Positions 1 to 10,532 of a DNA stretch of 64,000 nt are shown in pieces; the stretch's first letter is position 1, and each line of letters begins with the position of its first letter. This DNA is from Escherichia phage vB_Eco_Solly. Both the position numbers and the translations under genes were made by a program. The stretch is taken from the sequence record OY720021; one strand, given 5' to 3'. The notes below the pieces were generated by a model. The model did not search any database. It saw only the letters and a program-made list of their open reading frames with translations, and was not told the DNA's origin.

Positions 1-1545
1 CCTACTGCAAAAATTATCGCTAAAGCGAAAGAAGTTGGTGAATATCCAACACTAGGTTCTAACTGGACTGCGGAAATTTCTTCGTCTTCCTCTGGTTTAG
101 CTGCAGTAATAACTCTTGGAAAAATTATTACTGATTCTGGTATTTTATTAGCTGAAATTGAAAATGCTGAAGCTGCTATGACAGCGGTTGACTTTCAAAC
201 AAATCTTAAAAAATACGGAATTCCAGGAGTAGTAGCTCTTTATCCAGGCGAATTAGGCGATAAAATTGAAATTGAAATCGTATCTAAAGCTGACTACGCA
301 AAAGGAGCTTCTGCATTACTCCCAATTTATCCAGGTGGTGGTACTCGTGCATCTACTGCTAAAGCAGTGTTTGGATATGGACCACAAACTGATTCACAGT
401 ATGCTATTATAGTTCGTCGTAATGATGCTATTGTTCAAAGCGTTGTTCTTTCAACTAAGCGTGGTGAAAAAGATATTTACGATAGTAACATCTATATCGA
501 TGACTTTTTCGCAAAAGGTGGTTCAGAATATATTTTTGCAACTGCACAAAACTGGCCAGAAGGCTTCTCTGGAATTTTAACTCTGTCTGGTGGATTATCA
601 TCAAATGCTGAAGTAACAGCAGGAGATTTGATGGAAGCTTGGGACTTCTTTGCTGACCGTGAATCCGTTGATGTTCAACTGTTTATTGCGGGTTCTTGTG
701 CCGGTGAATCTTTAGAAACAGCATCTACTGTCCAAAAACACGTCGTTTCAATTGGGGATGCTCGCCAAGATTGCTTAGTATTGTGCTCACCACCGCGTGA
801 AACTGTAGTTGGAATTCCTGTAACTCGCGCAGTAGATAATTTAGTTAACTGGAGAACTGCGGCAGGTTCATACACTGATAATAACTTTAATATCAGTTCA
901 ACCTATGCAGCAATCGATGGCAACTACAAATATCAGTATGACAAATATAATGATGTGAATCGTTGGGTTCCATTAGCAGCTGATATTGCTGGTTTATGCG
1001 CAAGAACTGATAACGTATCTCAGACTTGGATGTCTCCAGCTGGTTATAATCGTGGCCAGATTCTTAACGTTATTAAACTTGCTATTGAAACTCGCCAGGC
1101 TCAGCGCGACCGTTTATACCAAGAAGCTATCAACCCGGTAACTGGTACAGGTGGTGATGGTTACGTATTGTATGGTGATAAAACAGCTACTTCTGTTCCT
1201 TCTCCGTTTGATCGTATTAACGTTCGTCGTCTGTTTAATATGTTGAAAACGAATATCGGACGTAGTTCAAAATATCGTTTGTTCGAATTAAACAATGCGT
1301 TTACTCGTTCATCATTCCGCACAGAAACTGCCCAGTACTTACAGGGAATTAAAGCTCTCGGTGGAATTTATGAATATCGTGTAGTTTGCGATACAACAAA
1401 TAACACTCCGTCAGTAATTGATAGAAATGAGTTTGTTGCAACATTCTACATCCAACCGGCTAGAAGCATTAACTACATTACCTTAAACTTCGTAGCAACT
1501 GCTACTGGTGCAGATTTCGATGAGTTAACTGGTCTTGCAGGTTAA
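1..1545 (+). CDS. 18: tail sheath protein gp18, 3' portion (5' end lies upstream of window)
   Basis: Frame 1 is open from position 1 to the stop at 1543-1545; position immediately upstream of tail tube gene 19 as in T4; translation recalled as T4 gp18 C-terminal region. Confidence 0.9.
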   Translation, partial: PTAKIIAKAKEVGEYPTLGSNWTAEISSSSSGLAAVITLGKIITDSGILLAEIENAEAAMTAVDFQTNLKKYGIPGVVALYPGELGDKIEIEIVSKADYAKGASALLPIYPGGGTRASTAKAVFGYGPQTDSQYAIIVRRNDAIVQSVVLSTKRGEKDIYDSNIYIDDFFAKGGSEYIFATAQNWPEGFSGILTLSGGLSSNAEVTAGDLMEAWDFFADRESVDVQLFIAGSCAGESLETASTVQKHVVSIGDARQDCLVLCSPPRETVVGIPVTRAVDNLVNWRTAAGSYTDNNFNISSTYAAIDGNYKYQYDKYNDVNRWVPLAADIAGLCARTDNVSQTWMSPAGYNRGQILNVIKLAIETRQAQRDRLYQEAINPVTGTGGDGYVLYGDKTATSVPSPFDRINVRRLFNMLKTNIGRSSKYRLFELNNAFTRSSFRTETAQYLQGIKALGGIYEYRVVCDTTNNTPSVIDRNEFVATFYIQPARSINYITLNFVATATGADFDELTGLAG

Positions 1546-1561
1546 TACAGTGCATTCTAAA

Positions 1562-1579
1562 GGCCTGTTTCGGCAGGCC
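1562..1579 (+). promoter_or_regulatory. stem-loop after gene 18 (GGCCTG / CAGGCC)
   Basis: 6-bp GC-rich inverted repeat immediately followed by a late promoter box. Confidence 0.5.
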
Positions 1580-1580
1580 A

Positions 1581-1588
1581 TATAAATA
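1581..1588 (+). promoter_or_regulatory. late promoter box TATAAATA
   Basis: exact T4 late consensus upstream of gene 19. Confidence 0.6.
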
Positions 1589-1639
1589 CACTATATCCTT
1601 AATTCTTTAATTCTATATGCCCTAGGTTAAACATAGGGA

Positions 1640-1647
1640 TATAAATA
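1640..1647 (+). promoter_or_regulatory. late promoter box TATAAATA (proximal, gene 19)
   Basis: exact consensus 14 nt upstream of gene 19 ATG with GAGG SD between. Confidence 0.7.
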
Positions 1648-1661
1648 CTACAGAGGCTAAT

Positions 1662-2153
1662 ATGTTTGTAGATGATGTAACACGAGCGTTTGAATCTGGT
1701 GATTTTGCTCGACCTAACTTATTCCAAGTAGAAATTTCTTATCTTGGACAAAATTTTACGTTTCAATGTAAAGCCACTGCTTTACCAGCTGGTATTGTAG
1801 AAAAAATTCCAGTAGGATTTATGAACCGTAAAATTAACGTAGCAGGCGATCGTACATTCGATGACTGGACTGTTACAGTAATGAACGATGAGGCGCATGA
1901 TGCTCGCCAGAAGTTTGTTGATTGGCAAAGCATTGCTGCAGGACAAGGAAACGAAATTACTGGTGGAAAACCTGCAGAGTATAAAAAGAGCGCTATCGTT
2001 CGTCAATATGCTCGTGACGCTAAAACAGTAACAAAAGAAATTGAAATTAAAGGTCTGTGGCCTACTAACGTGGGTGAACTTCAATTAGATTGGGATTCAA
2101 ACAATGAAATCCAAACATTTGAAGTAACTCTTGCTCTCGATTATTGGGAATAA
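1662..2153 (+). CDS. 19: tail tube protein gp19
   Basis: 163 aa, same length as T4 gp19; TATAAATA late promoter boxes upstream; follows sheath gene. Confidence 0.95.
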   Translation: MFVDDVTRAFESGDFARPNLFQVEISYLGQNFTFQCKATALPAGIVEKIPVGFMNRKINVAGDRTFDDWTVTVMNDEAHDARQKFVDWQSIAAGQGNEITGGKPAEYKKSAIVRQYARDAKTVTKEIEIKGLWPTNVGELQLDWDSNNEIQTFEVTLALDYWE

Positions 2154-2158
2154 AATGA

Positions 2159-2176
2159 ATGGGGAGAAATCCCCAT
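2159..2176 (+). promoter_or_regulatory. stem-loop with GAAA tetraloop after gene 19
   Basis: ATGGGGA-GAAA-TCCCCAT perfect 7-bp stem. Confidence 0.6.
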
Positions 2177-2185
2177 CCTGCTTAA

Positions 2186-3810
<1,625 letters not shown>

Positions 3811-3811
<1 letters not shown>

Positions 3812-4065
3812 TGGAAGGTTTAATTGAAGCTATTAAATCAAACGACCTCGTAGCCGCTCGTAAATTATTTGCTGAAGCCATGGCTGCAAGAACGATTGAT
3901 TTAATTAAAGAAGAAAAAATTGCTATCGCTCGTAATTTCTTAATTGAAGGTGAAGAACCTGAAGACGAGGATGAAGATGAAGATGATGACGAAGATAGCG
4001 ATGATAAAGACGACAAAAAAGACAAAGACTCTGATGAAGATGACGAAGACGAGGATGATGAATAA
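3811..4065 (+). CDS. 67: prohead core protein gp67 with acidic Asp/Glu-rich tail
   Basis: 84 aa; start overlaps the gp20 stop; poly-acidic C-terminus; T4 order 20-67-68-21. Confidence 0.9.
3955..4062 (+). repeat. GAA/GAT/GAC codon-repeat tract encoding the poly-acidic tail of gp67
   Basis: low-complexity acidic codon run. Confidence 0.7.
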
Positions 4066-4490
4066 TGCTTCTGATCCCTGAAACTCATGAATTAGTTCTC
4101 GAGAATGTCGAAGCACTTATTCCTGAAGCACAGGGTCGCTTCGACGAATTGTCTTCTGCTTTAAATAAAGACGATATAAATACAATTGTCGAGAATATGC
4201 TTGATGATGAAACTGATTTAGCGGTTGCATTAGCTTCTATTAATGAAAATATGCCGTTAAATGAATTCATCGTTAAACATGTTTCTGCCCGTGGTGAAAT
4301 TACTCGCACTAAAGACCGCAAAACGCGTGAACGTAATGCATTTCAAACCACTGGGCTGTCTAAAGCAAAACGTAGACAAATTGCTCGTAAAGCTACCAAA
4401 ACGAAGATTGCCAATCCAGCAGGTCAATCTCGTGCTCAGCGTAAGCGTAAAAAAGCTCTTAAACGCCGTAAAGCATTAGGATTAAGCTAA
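4065..4490 (+). CDS. 68: prohead core protein gp68
   Basis: 141 aa; basic C-terminus; ATGA overlap with gp67; T4 synteny. Confidence 0.9.
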
Positions 4491-5128
4491 TGAATGAACC
4501 CCAATTACTAATTGAAACTTGGGGTCAACCTGGCGAAATTATTGATGGCGTACCAATGCTTGAATCTCATGATGGAAAAGACTTAGGTTTAAAACCGGGT
4601 TTATACATCGAAGGAATATTCATGCAAGCGGAAGTCGTCAATAGAAATAAACGTCTTTATCCAAAACGCATATTAGAAAAAGCGGTAAAAGACTATATTA
4701 ATGAGCAAGTTTTAACTAAACAAGCTCTCGGAGAATTAAATCATCCTCCACGCGCTAATGTTGACCCGATGCAAGCCGCTATCATTATAGAAGATATGTG
4801 GTGGAAAGGAAATGACGTATACGGACGAGCTCGTGTTATTGAAGGTGACCATGGTCCTGGAGATAAATTAGCAGCTAATATTCGTGCCGGATGGATTCCA
4901 GGAGTTTCTTCTCGTGGATTAGGTTCATTGACTGACACAAATAAAGGTTATCGTATCGTAAACGAAGGATTCAAATTAACTGTAGGTGTTGATGCAGTAT
5001 GGGGTCCAAGTGCTCCAGATGCATGGGTAACTCCTAAGGAAATTACCGAATCGCAGACGGCGGAAGCCGATACAAGTGCCGATGACGCCTATATGGCTCT
5101 CGCAGAGGCCATGAAAAAAGCGTTATAA
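4490..5128 (+). CDS. 21: prohead core protease gp21
   Basis: 212 aa, T4 gp21 length; synteny. Confidence 0.95.
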   Translation: MNEPQLLIETWGQPGEIIDGVPMLESHDGKDLGLKPGLYIEGIFMQAEVVNRNKRLYPKRILEKAVKDYINEQVLTKQALGELNHPPRANVDPMQAAIIIEDMWWKGNDVYGRARVIEGDHGPGDKLAANIRAGWIPGVSSRGLGSLTDTNKGYRIVNEGFKLTVGVDAVWGPSAPDAWVTPKEITESQTAEADTSADDAYMALAEAMKKAL

Positions 5129-5131
5129 ATA
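5124..5131 (+). promoter_or_regulatory. late promoter box TATAAATA overlapping gene 21 stop (gene 22/23 transcript)
   Basis: exact consensus 28 nt upstream of gene 22 ATG. Confidence 0.6.
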
Positions 5132-5158
5132 TTATTATCTAAACAACAGGACTACAAA

Positions 5159-5968
5159 ATGCTTAAAGAACAACTGATTGCCGAAGCGCAGAAAATTGAT
5201 GCTTCCGTTGCTCTTGATAGTATTTTCGAATCAGTTAATATTTCTCCGGAAGCAAAAGAAACTTTCGGCACTGTATTCGAAGCTACCGTCAAGCAGCACG
5301 CCGTTAAATTAGCTGAATCTCATATCGCTAAAATTGCTGAAAAAGCAGAAGAAGAAGTAGAAAAAAATAAAGAAGAAGCCGAAGAAAAAGCTGAGAAGAA
5401 AATCGCTGAGCAAGCTTCTAAATTCATTGACCATCTTGCGAAAGAATGGCTCGCTGAAAATAAATTAGCAGTTGATAAAGGCATCAAAGCCGAACTGTTT
5501 GAATCCATGCTTGGTGGATTAAAAGAGCTCTTTGTTGAACACAACGTTGTTGTTCCAGAAGAATCAGTTGATGTTGTAGCTGAAATGGAAGAAGAGCTGC
5601 AAGAACATAAAGAAGAATCAGCTCGTCTGTTCGAAGAACTCAATAAGCGTGACGCATATATCAATTATGTGCAGCGTGAAGTGGCATTGAGCGAAAGTAC
5701 TAAAGATCTGACTGAGTCTCAAAAAGAAAAAGTCTCTGCTCTGGTCGAAGGTATGGATTATTCAGATGCATTCTCAAGTAAATTGAGTGCAATCGTAGAA
5801 ATGGTGAAGAAATCTAATAAAGATGAAAGCACTATTACTGAGAGTATAAATACTCCTGATACTGAAGCAGCCGGACTGAATTTCGTCACTGAAGCTGTAG
5901 AAGATAAAGCTGCACAGGGTGCAGAAGATATTGTAAGTGTATATGCGAAAGTCGCATCTCGTTTCTAA
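5159..5968 (+). CDS. 22: prohead core scaffold protein gp22
   Basis: 269 aa; Glu/Lys-rich coiled-coil composition; T4 gp22 length. Confidence 0.95.
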   Translation: MLKEQLIAEAQKIDASVALDSIFESVNISPEAKETFGTVFEATVKQHAVKLAESHIAKIAEKAEEEVEKNKEEAEEKAEKKIAEQASKFIDHLAKEWLAENKLAVDKGIKAELFESMLGGLKELFVEHNVVVPEESVDVVAEMEEELQEHKEESARLFEELNKRDAYINYVQREVALSESTKDLTESQKEKVSALVEGMDYSDAFSSKLSAIVEMVKKSNKDESTITESINTPDTEAAGLNFVTEAVEDKAAQGAEDIVSVYAKVASRF

Positions 5969-5986
5969 TTTTAAAGGTTAACACAA

Positions 5987-7552
5987 ATGACTATCAAAAC
6001 TAAAGCTGAACTTTTGAACAAATGGAAGCCATTACTGGAAGGTGAAGGTTTACCGGAAATTGCTAATAGCAAACAAGCGATTATCGCTAAAATCTTTGAA
6101 AACCAGGAAAAAGATTTCCAGACAGCTCCGGAATATAAAGACGAAAAAATTGCTCAGGCATTTGGTTCTTTCTTAACAGAAGCTGAAATCGGCGGTGACC
6201 ATGGTTACAATGCTACTAACATCGCTGCAGGTCAGACTTCTGGCGCAGTAACCCAAATTGGGCCGGCAGTTATGGGTATGGTTCGTCGTGCTATTCCTAA
6301 TCTGATCGCTTTTGATATTTGTGGTGTTCAGCCTATGAACAGCCCGACCGGTCAGGTATTTGCTCTCCGTGCAGTATATGGTAAAGACCCTATCGCTGCT
6401 GGCGCTAAAGAAGCTTTCCATCCGATGTATGCTCCAGATGCGATGTTCTCTGGTCAGGGTGCTGCTAAGAAATTCCCAGCTCTGGCTGCTAGCACGCAAA
6501 CTACAGTAGGTGATATCTATACTCACTTCTTCCAGGACACTGGTACTGTGTATCTGCAAGCTTCTGCTCAAGTAACAATTAGTTCTACTGCAGATGATGC
6601 AGCTAAATTAGATGCTGAAATTAAGAAACAAATGGAAGCTGGTGTACTGGTAGAAATCGCAGAAGGTATGGCTACTTCTATCGCTGAACTTCAGGAAGGT
6701 TTCAACGGTTCTACCGATAACCCATGGAATGAAATGGGCTTCCGTATCGATAAACAAGTTATCGAAGCTAAATCTCGCCAGCTGAAAGCTGCTTACTCTA
6801 TCGAATTAGCACAAGACCTCCGCGCTGTTCACGGTATGGATGCTGATGCTGAACTGTCTGGTATTCTGGCTACCGAAATCATGCTGGAAATCAACCGTGA
6901 AGTTGTTGATTGGATTAACTACTCAGCTCAGGTTGGTAAATCTGGTATGACCCTGACTCCGGGTTCTAAAGCTGGTGTATTTGACTTCCAGGATCCGATT
7001 GATATTCGTGGTGCTCGCTGGGCGGGTGAATCCTTTAAAGCTCTGTTGTTCCAGATTGACAAAGAAGCAGTTGAAATTGCTCGTCAGACCGGTCGTGGTG
7101 AAGGTAACTTCATTATCGCTTCCCGTAACGTAGTTAACGTTCTGGCTTCAGTTGATACTGGCATTTCTTATGCTGCACAGGGTCTGGCTACCGGCTTTAA
7201 CACTGATACTACCAAGTCAGTATTTGCTGGTGTTCTGGGTGGTAAATACCGCGTATATATCGACCAGTATGCTAAACAGGATTATTTCACTGTAGGTTAT
7301 AAAGGTCCGAACGAAATGGATGCTGGTATTTACTATGCTCCATATGTAGCTCTGACTCCGCTGCGTGGTTCCGATCCGAAGAACTTCCAACCAGTAATGG
7401 GATTCAAAACTCGTTACGGTATCGGTATCAACCCATTTGCAGAATCCGCTGCTCAGGCTCCGGCTTCTCGCATTCAGAGTGGTATGCCTTCTATCCTGAA
7501 CAGCCTTGGTAAGAACGCTTACTTCCGCCGTGTATATGTTAAAGGTATCTAA
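5987..7552 (+). CDS. 23: major capsid protein gp23
   Basis: 521 aa; sequence recalled as essentially T4 gp23 (MTIKTKAELLNKWKPLLEGEG...). Confidence 0.98.
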   Translation: MTIKTKAELLNKWKPLLEGEGLPEIANSKQAIIAKIFENQEKDFQTAPEYKDEKIAQAFGSFLTEAEIGGDHGYNATNIAAGQTSGAVTQIGPAVMGMVRRAIPNLIAFDICGVQPMNSPTGQVFALRAVYGKDPIAAGAKEAFHPMYAPDAMFSGQGAAKKFPALAASTQTTVGDIYTHFFQDTGTVYLQASAQVTISSTADDAAKLDAEIKKQMEAGVLVEIAEGMATSIAELQEGFNGSTDNPWNEMGFRIDKQVIEAKSRQLKAAYSIELAQDLRAVHGMDADAELSGILATEIMLEINREVVDWINYSAQVGKSGMTLTPGSKAGVFDFQDPIDIRGARWAGESFKALLFQIDKEAVEIARQTGRGEGNFIIASRNVVNVLASVDTGISYAAQGLATGFNTDTTKSVFAGVLGGKYRVYIDQYAKQDYFTVGYKGPNEMDAGIYYAPYVALTPLRGSDPKNFQPVMGFKTRYGIGINPFAESAAQAPASRIQSGMPSILNSLGKNAYFRRVYVKGI

Positions 7553-7565
7553 TCTTTGACGATTT

Positions 7566-7585
7566 AAGGGACCTTCGGGTCCCTT
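7566..7585 (+). terminator. hairpin with UUCG tetraloop after gene 23
   Basis: AAGGGACC-TTCG-GGTCCCTT followed by T-rich tract. Confidence 0.7.
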
Positions 7586-7600
7586 TAGTTGTTTTTATGG

Positions 7601-7608
7601 TATAAATA
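7601..7608 (+). promoter_or_regulatory. late promoter box TATAAATA (gene 24)
   Basis: exact consensus 28 nt upstream of gene 24 ATG. Confidence 0.65.
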
Positions 7609-7635
7609 AATCATATAAACTGAAAGGAAAGCGCA

Positions 7636-8919
7636 ATGGCTAAAATCAACGAACTTCTGCGCGAATCAACCACAACGAATAGCAACTCAATCGGTCGCCC
7701 AAATCTCGTTGCTTTGACTCGCGCTACCACTAAATTAATATATTCTGACATTGTAGCAACGCAAAGAACTAATCAACCTGTTGCTGCTTTTTATGGTATC
7801 AAATACCTTAACCCAGACAATGAATTTACATTTAAAACTGGTGCTACTTACGCTGGCGAAGCTGGATATGTAGACCGAGAACAAATCACAGAATTAACAG
7901 AAGAGTCTAAATTAACTCTCAATAAAGGCGATTTATTCAAATATAATAATATCGTTTATAAAGTATTAGAAGATACTCCATTTGCTGATATTGAAGAAAG
8001 CGACTTAGAGTTAGCTCTTCAAATTGCAATCGTTCTTTTAAAGGTTCGTCTATTTTCTGACGCAGCGTCAACAAGCAAATTTGAAAGCTCTGATAGTGAA
8101 ATTGCGGATGCTAGATTCCAGATTAATAAATGGCAAACCGCAGTTAAATCTCGTAAACTTAAAACTGGTATCACAGTTGAATTAGCGCAAGATTTAGAAG
8201 CAAATGGATTCGATGCTCCTAATTTCTTAGAAGATTTGCTTGCAACTGAAATGGCAGATGAAATCAATAAAGATATTCTGCAGTCTTTGATTACAGTGTC
8301 AAAACGCTATAAAGTTACAGGAATTACTGATAGTGGATTCATCGATTTGAGTTATGCATCTGCACCTGAAGCGGGTCGTTCATTATATCGAATGGTATGT
8401 GAAATGGTTTCGCATATCCAAAAAGAATCAACTTATACAGCAACGTTCTGTGTTGCTTCTGCTCGTGCCGCTGCGATTCTTGCTGCTTCAGGTTGGTTAA
8501 AACATAAACCAGAAGATGACAAATATCTTTCACAAAATGCCTACGGGTTCTTAGCTAATGGTTTACCACTTTATTGCGATACTAACAGCCCATTAGATTA
8601 TGTAATCGTTGGCGTAGTAGAAAATATCGGTGAAAAAGAAATTGTTGGATCAATTTTCTATGCTCCGTATACAGAAGGTCTTGACTTAGATGACCCTGAA
8701 CATGTAGGTGCATTTAAAGTTGTGGTTGATCCAGAAAGCTTACAACCGTCTATCGGTTTATTAGTTAGATATGCTTTATCAGCAAATCCTTATACCGTAG
8801 CAAAAGATGAAAAAGAAGCAAGAATAATTGACGGTGGAGACATGGATAAAATGGCGGGTCGTTCAGATTTGTCTGTTTTATTAGGTGTTAAATTACCAAA
8901 AATTATTATTGATGAATAA
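7636..8919 (+). CDS. 24: head vertex protein gp24
   Basis: 427 aa; gp23 paralog; T4 gp24 length; late promoter box at 7601. Confidence 0.95.
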   Translation: MAKINELLRESTTTNSNSIGRPNLVALTRATTKLIYSDIVATQRTNQPVAAFYGIKYLNPDNEFTFKTGATYAGEAGYVDREQITELTEESKLTLNKGDLFKYNNIVYKVLEDTPFADIEESDLELALQIAIVLLKVRLFSDAASTSKFESSDSEIADARFQINKWQTAVKSRKLKTGITVELAQDLEANGFDAPNFLEDLLATEMADEINKDILQSLITVSKRYKVTGITDSGFIDLSYASAPEAGRSLYRMVCEMVSHIQKESTYTATFCVASARAAAILAASGWLKHKPEDDKYLSQNAYGFLANGLPLYCDTNSPLDYVIVGVVENIGEKEIVGSIFYAPYTEGLDLDDPEHVGAFKVVVDPESLQPSIGLLVRYALSANPYTVAKDEKEARIIDGGDMDKMAGRSDLSVLLGVKLPKIIIDE

Positions 8920-8922
8920 AGC

Positions 8923-8944
8923 AAAGGGACCGAAAGGTCCCTTT
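8923..8944. terminator. bidirectional hairpin terminator between convergent genes 24 and rnlB
   Basis: AAAGGGACC-GAAA-GGTCCCTTT with T-run on + strand. Confidence 0.75.
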
Positions 8945-8948
8945 TTAT

Positions 8949-9953
8949 TTAGCTCACCAACTCAATCCAAGCTGGACGAAGTACATCTTGTACCATTTTA
9001 ACTAATTCCTTTTTAATCAAAGAAGGATTATCTGCTTGAGTTAGAGTAATACCTTCACGAGAAGTTTCTTCCAAAATATCTTGAACAGTTAGCCCCATCA
9101 CCTTTCCAAAATCTTTAGGACCAATTTCGCCAATTTTAGAAATAACGTTATTTACTCGGTTCAGTGTAACGTAACAAGCTAAAATTCCCACCAATTTGTT
9201 ATCAGCTTCTGATAGTTCAACTTTAGCTTTAATAGGCTTATCGGACTTTTTCTTTTCACTAAATTTGGAATTCTTGCATTTAATTGCTACACGATTTCCA
9301 TTACGAAGCCAAGAAGGATAACAAGGTTTCAATACATATCCTTCAGCGGTAAATACTTCGCCTTTTGCTTCGGCATTCCAAACGCATTTATTTGCATCAA
9401 CTAATCCAGCATGGTCTACTGTAAAATTATAATCTTGGACGACAGAATCTAAATCATTTGGCAATTTAATAAGCTCTTCAAATTTACCGCGACCTAAAAG
9501 TGGAGCCATTTTAAATTTAAATGTATTGCAGAATGATTCCATCATATAATCATCGACATAAGTCACATCACCACTTTCTGTAATAACAATAATGTCAAAT
9601 ACATAAAAATCTTTATCACCATAATCGACATTCTTCTGAATGCCAGGTCCAGCGAATTCGCCAAAGACTTGATAAGATACAACCGCTGAAGTTTCCATAA
9701 TATCTTGTACTGCTTTAATGGAATCAGCGTAATTCTTTAAAATAATTTCATACCCAAAGAAATCTTCAGCAGGAAGAATGGGGCCAGTACGTTTAGCGCA
9801 AGTCACTTTATCACGCTCAATAATCAACGAGAAATTTGTGCCGTGAATCTTTTCACGAGCTACCCATTCCCCACCAGTCAATCCCAAACTATAAAGTTTT
9901 TCAATAAATTTAGAGTTGTAATGATTTTCAAGACTGCTATACTTTTTAAACAT
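8949..9953 (-). CDS. rnlB: RNA ligase 2 (Rnl2)
   Basis: 334 aa; nucleotidyltransferase lysine motif KIHGTN near N-terminus; T4 position after gene 24. Confidence 0.93.
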   Translation of the reverse strand: MFKKYSSLENHYNSKFIEKLYSLGLTGGEWVAREKIHGTNFSLIIERDKVTCAKRTGPILPAEDFFGYEIILKNYADSIKAVQDIMETSAVVSYQVFGEFAGPGIQKNVDYGDKDFYVFDIIVITESGDVTYVDDYMMESFCNTFKFKMAPLLGRGKFEELIKLPNDLDSVVQDYNFTVDHAGLVDANKCVWNAEAKGEVFTAEGYVLKPCYPSWLRNGNRVAIKCKNSKFSEKKKSDKPIKAKVELSEADNKLVGILACYVTLNRVNNVISKIGEIGPKDFGKVMGLTVQDILEETSREGITLTQADNPSLIKKELVKMVQDVLRPAWIELVS

Positions 9954-9962
9954 AATTAATCC

Positions 9963-10241
9963 TCAAAATGTAATTTCTAACCAATCACCATCACGCTGAT
10001 CACTATTGACTTTAAAGCTGAATCCTTCTTTTCTCAGCCAATCACCAATTTCTTCAGTAATCAATTTATCACGAGCAATACAATAATAATTAAAATGTGT
10101 TTTACCTTGTTCAGCTGCTTTATTAGCAAGTTCCGAAAAATCTTTAATAAAACACTCTAGCTTAAACTGTTTACTTTTGAATGCTTTTTCGCGTAATTGA
10201 TTAGCAAAAGATTCATTTTCATAAAGATCATACTGTTCCAT
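9963..10241 (-). CDS. hypothetical protein (position of T4 24.2)
   Basis: 92-aa ORF co-oriented with rnlB. Confidence 0.6.
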   Translation of the reverse strand: MEQYDLYENESFANQLREKAFKSKQFKLECFIKDFSELANKAAEQGKTHFNYYCIARDKLITEEIGDWLRKEGFSFKVNSDQRDGDWLEITF

Positions 10242-10443
10242 TTTTCACCTTTTTATTGATATGTCTTTTTCTATAGACAACTTTTTCTCGAGTTTCAAAT
10301 TTATTCTTAGCAGTCATAGCTCGAGCCCATAATACAGCCACTTCTTTCACCTGTAAGTTTAATTCACGAGCAATTTCAATGAATGACTTTCCAGACTCAT
10401 GAAGAGTAAACACCACAACCTCAGTTCTCATAATCAATCTCAT
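10228..10443 (-). CDS. hypothetical protein (position of T4 24.3)
   Basis: 71-aa ORF overlapping the downstream ORF start by 14 nt. Confidence 0.55.
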   Translation of the reverse strand: MRLIMRTEVVVFTLHESGKSFIEIARELNLQVKEVAVLWARAMTAKNKFETREKVVYRKRHINKKVKNGTV

Positions 10444-10510
10444 GTTATCGAGTTGGTGCCATTATATACATCATTTTCTGATTGTGTTTTGTGTGCTTTC
10501 AAAATGAAGA

Positions 10511-10528
10511 AAGGGGCCGAAGCCCCTT
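10511..10528 (-). terminator. hairpin terminator downstream of hoc
   Basis: AAGGGGC-CGAA-GCCCCTT; T-rich on minus strand after the stem. Confidence 0.65.
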
Positions 10529-10532
10529 ATGA

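Noticed and set aside
675-875. Short antisense or alternate-frame ORFs nested inside large genes (for example 675-875, 1782-2084, 5320-5664, 6173-6571, 51977-52219, 57290-57547)
   Set aside because: Each lies fully inside a confidently identified structural gene on the opposite strand or in another frame, without promoter or Shine-Dalgarno context; they are expected by chance in AT-rich DNA.
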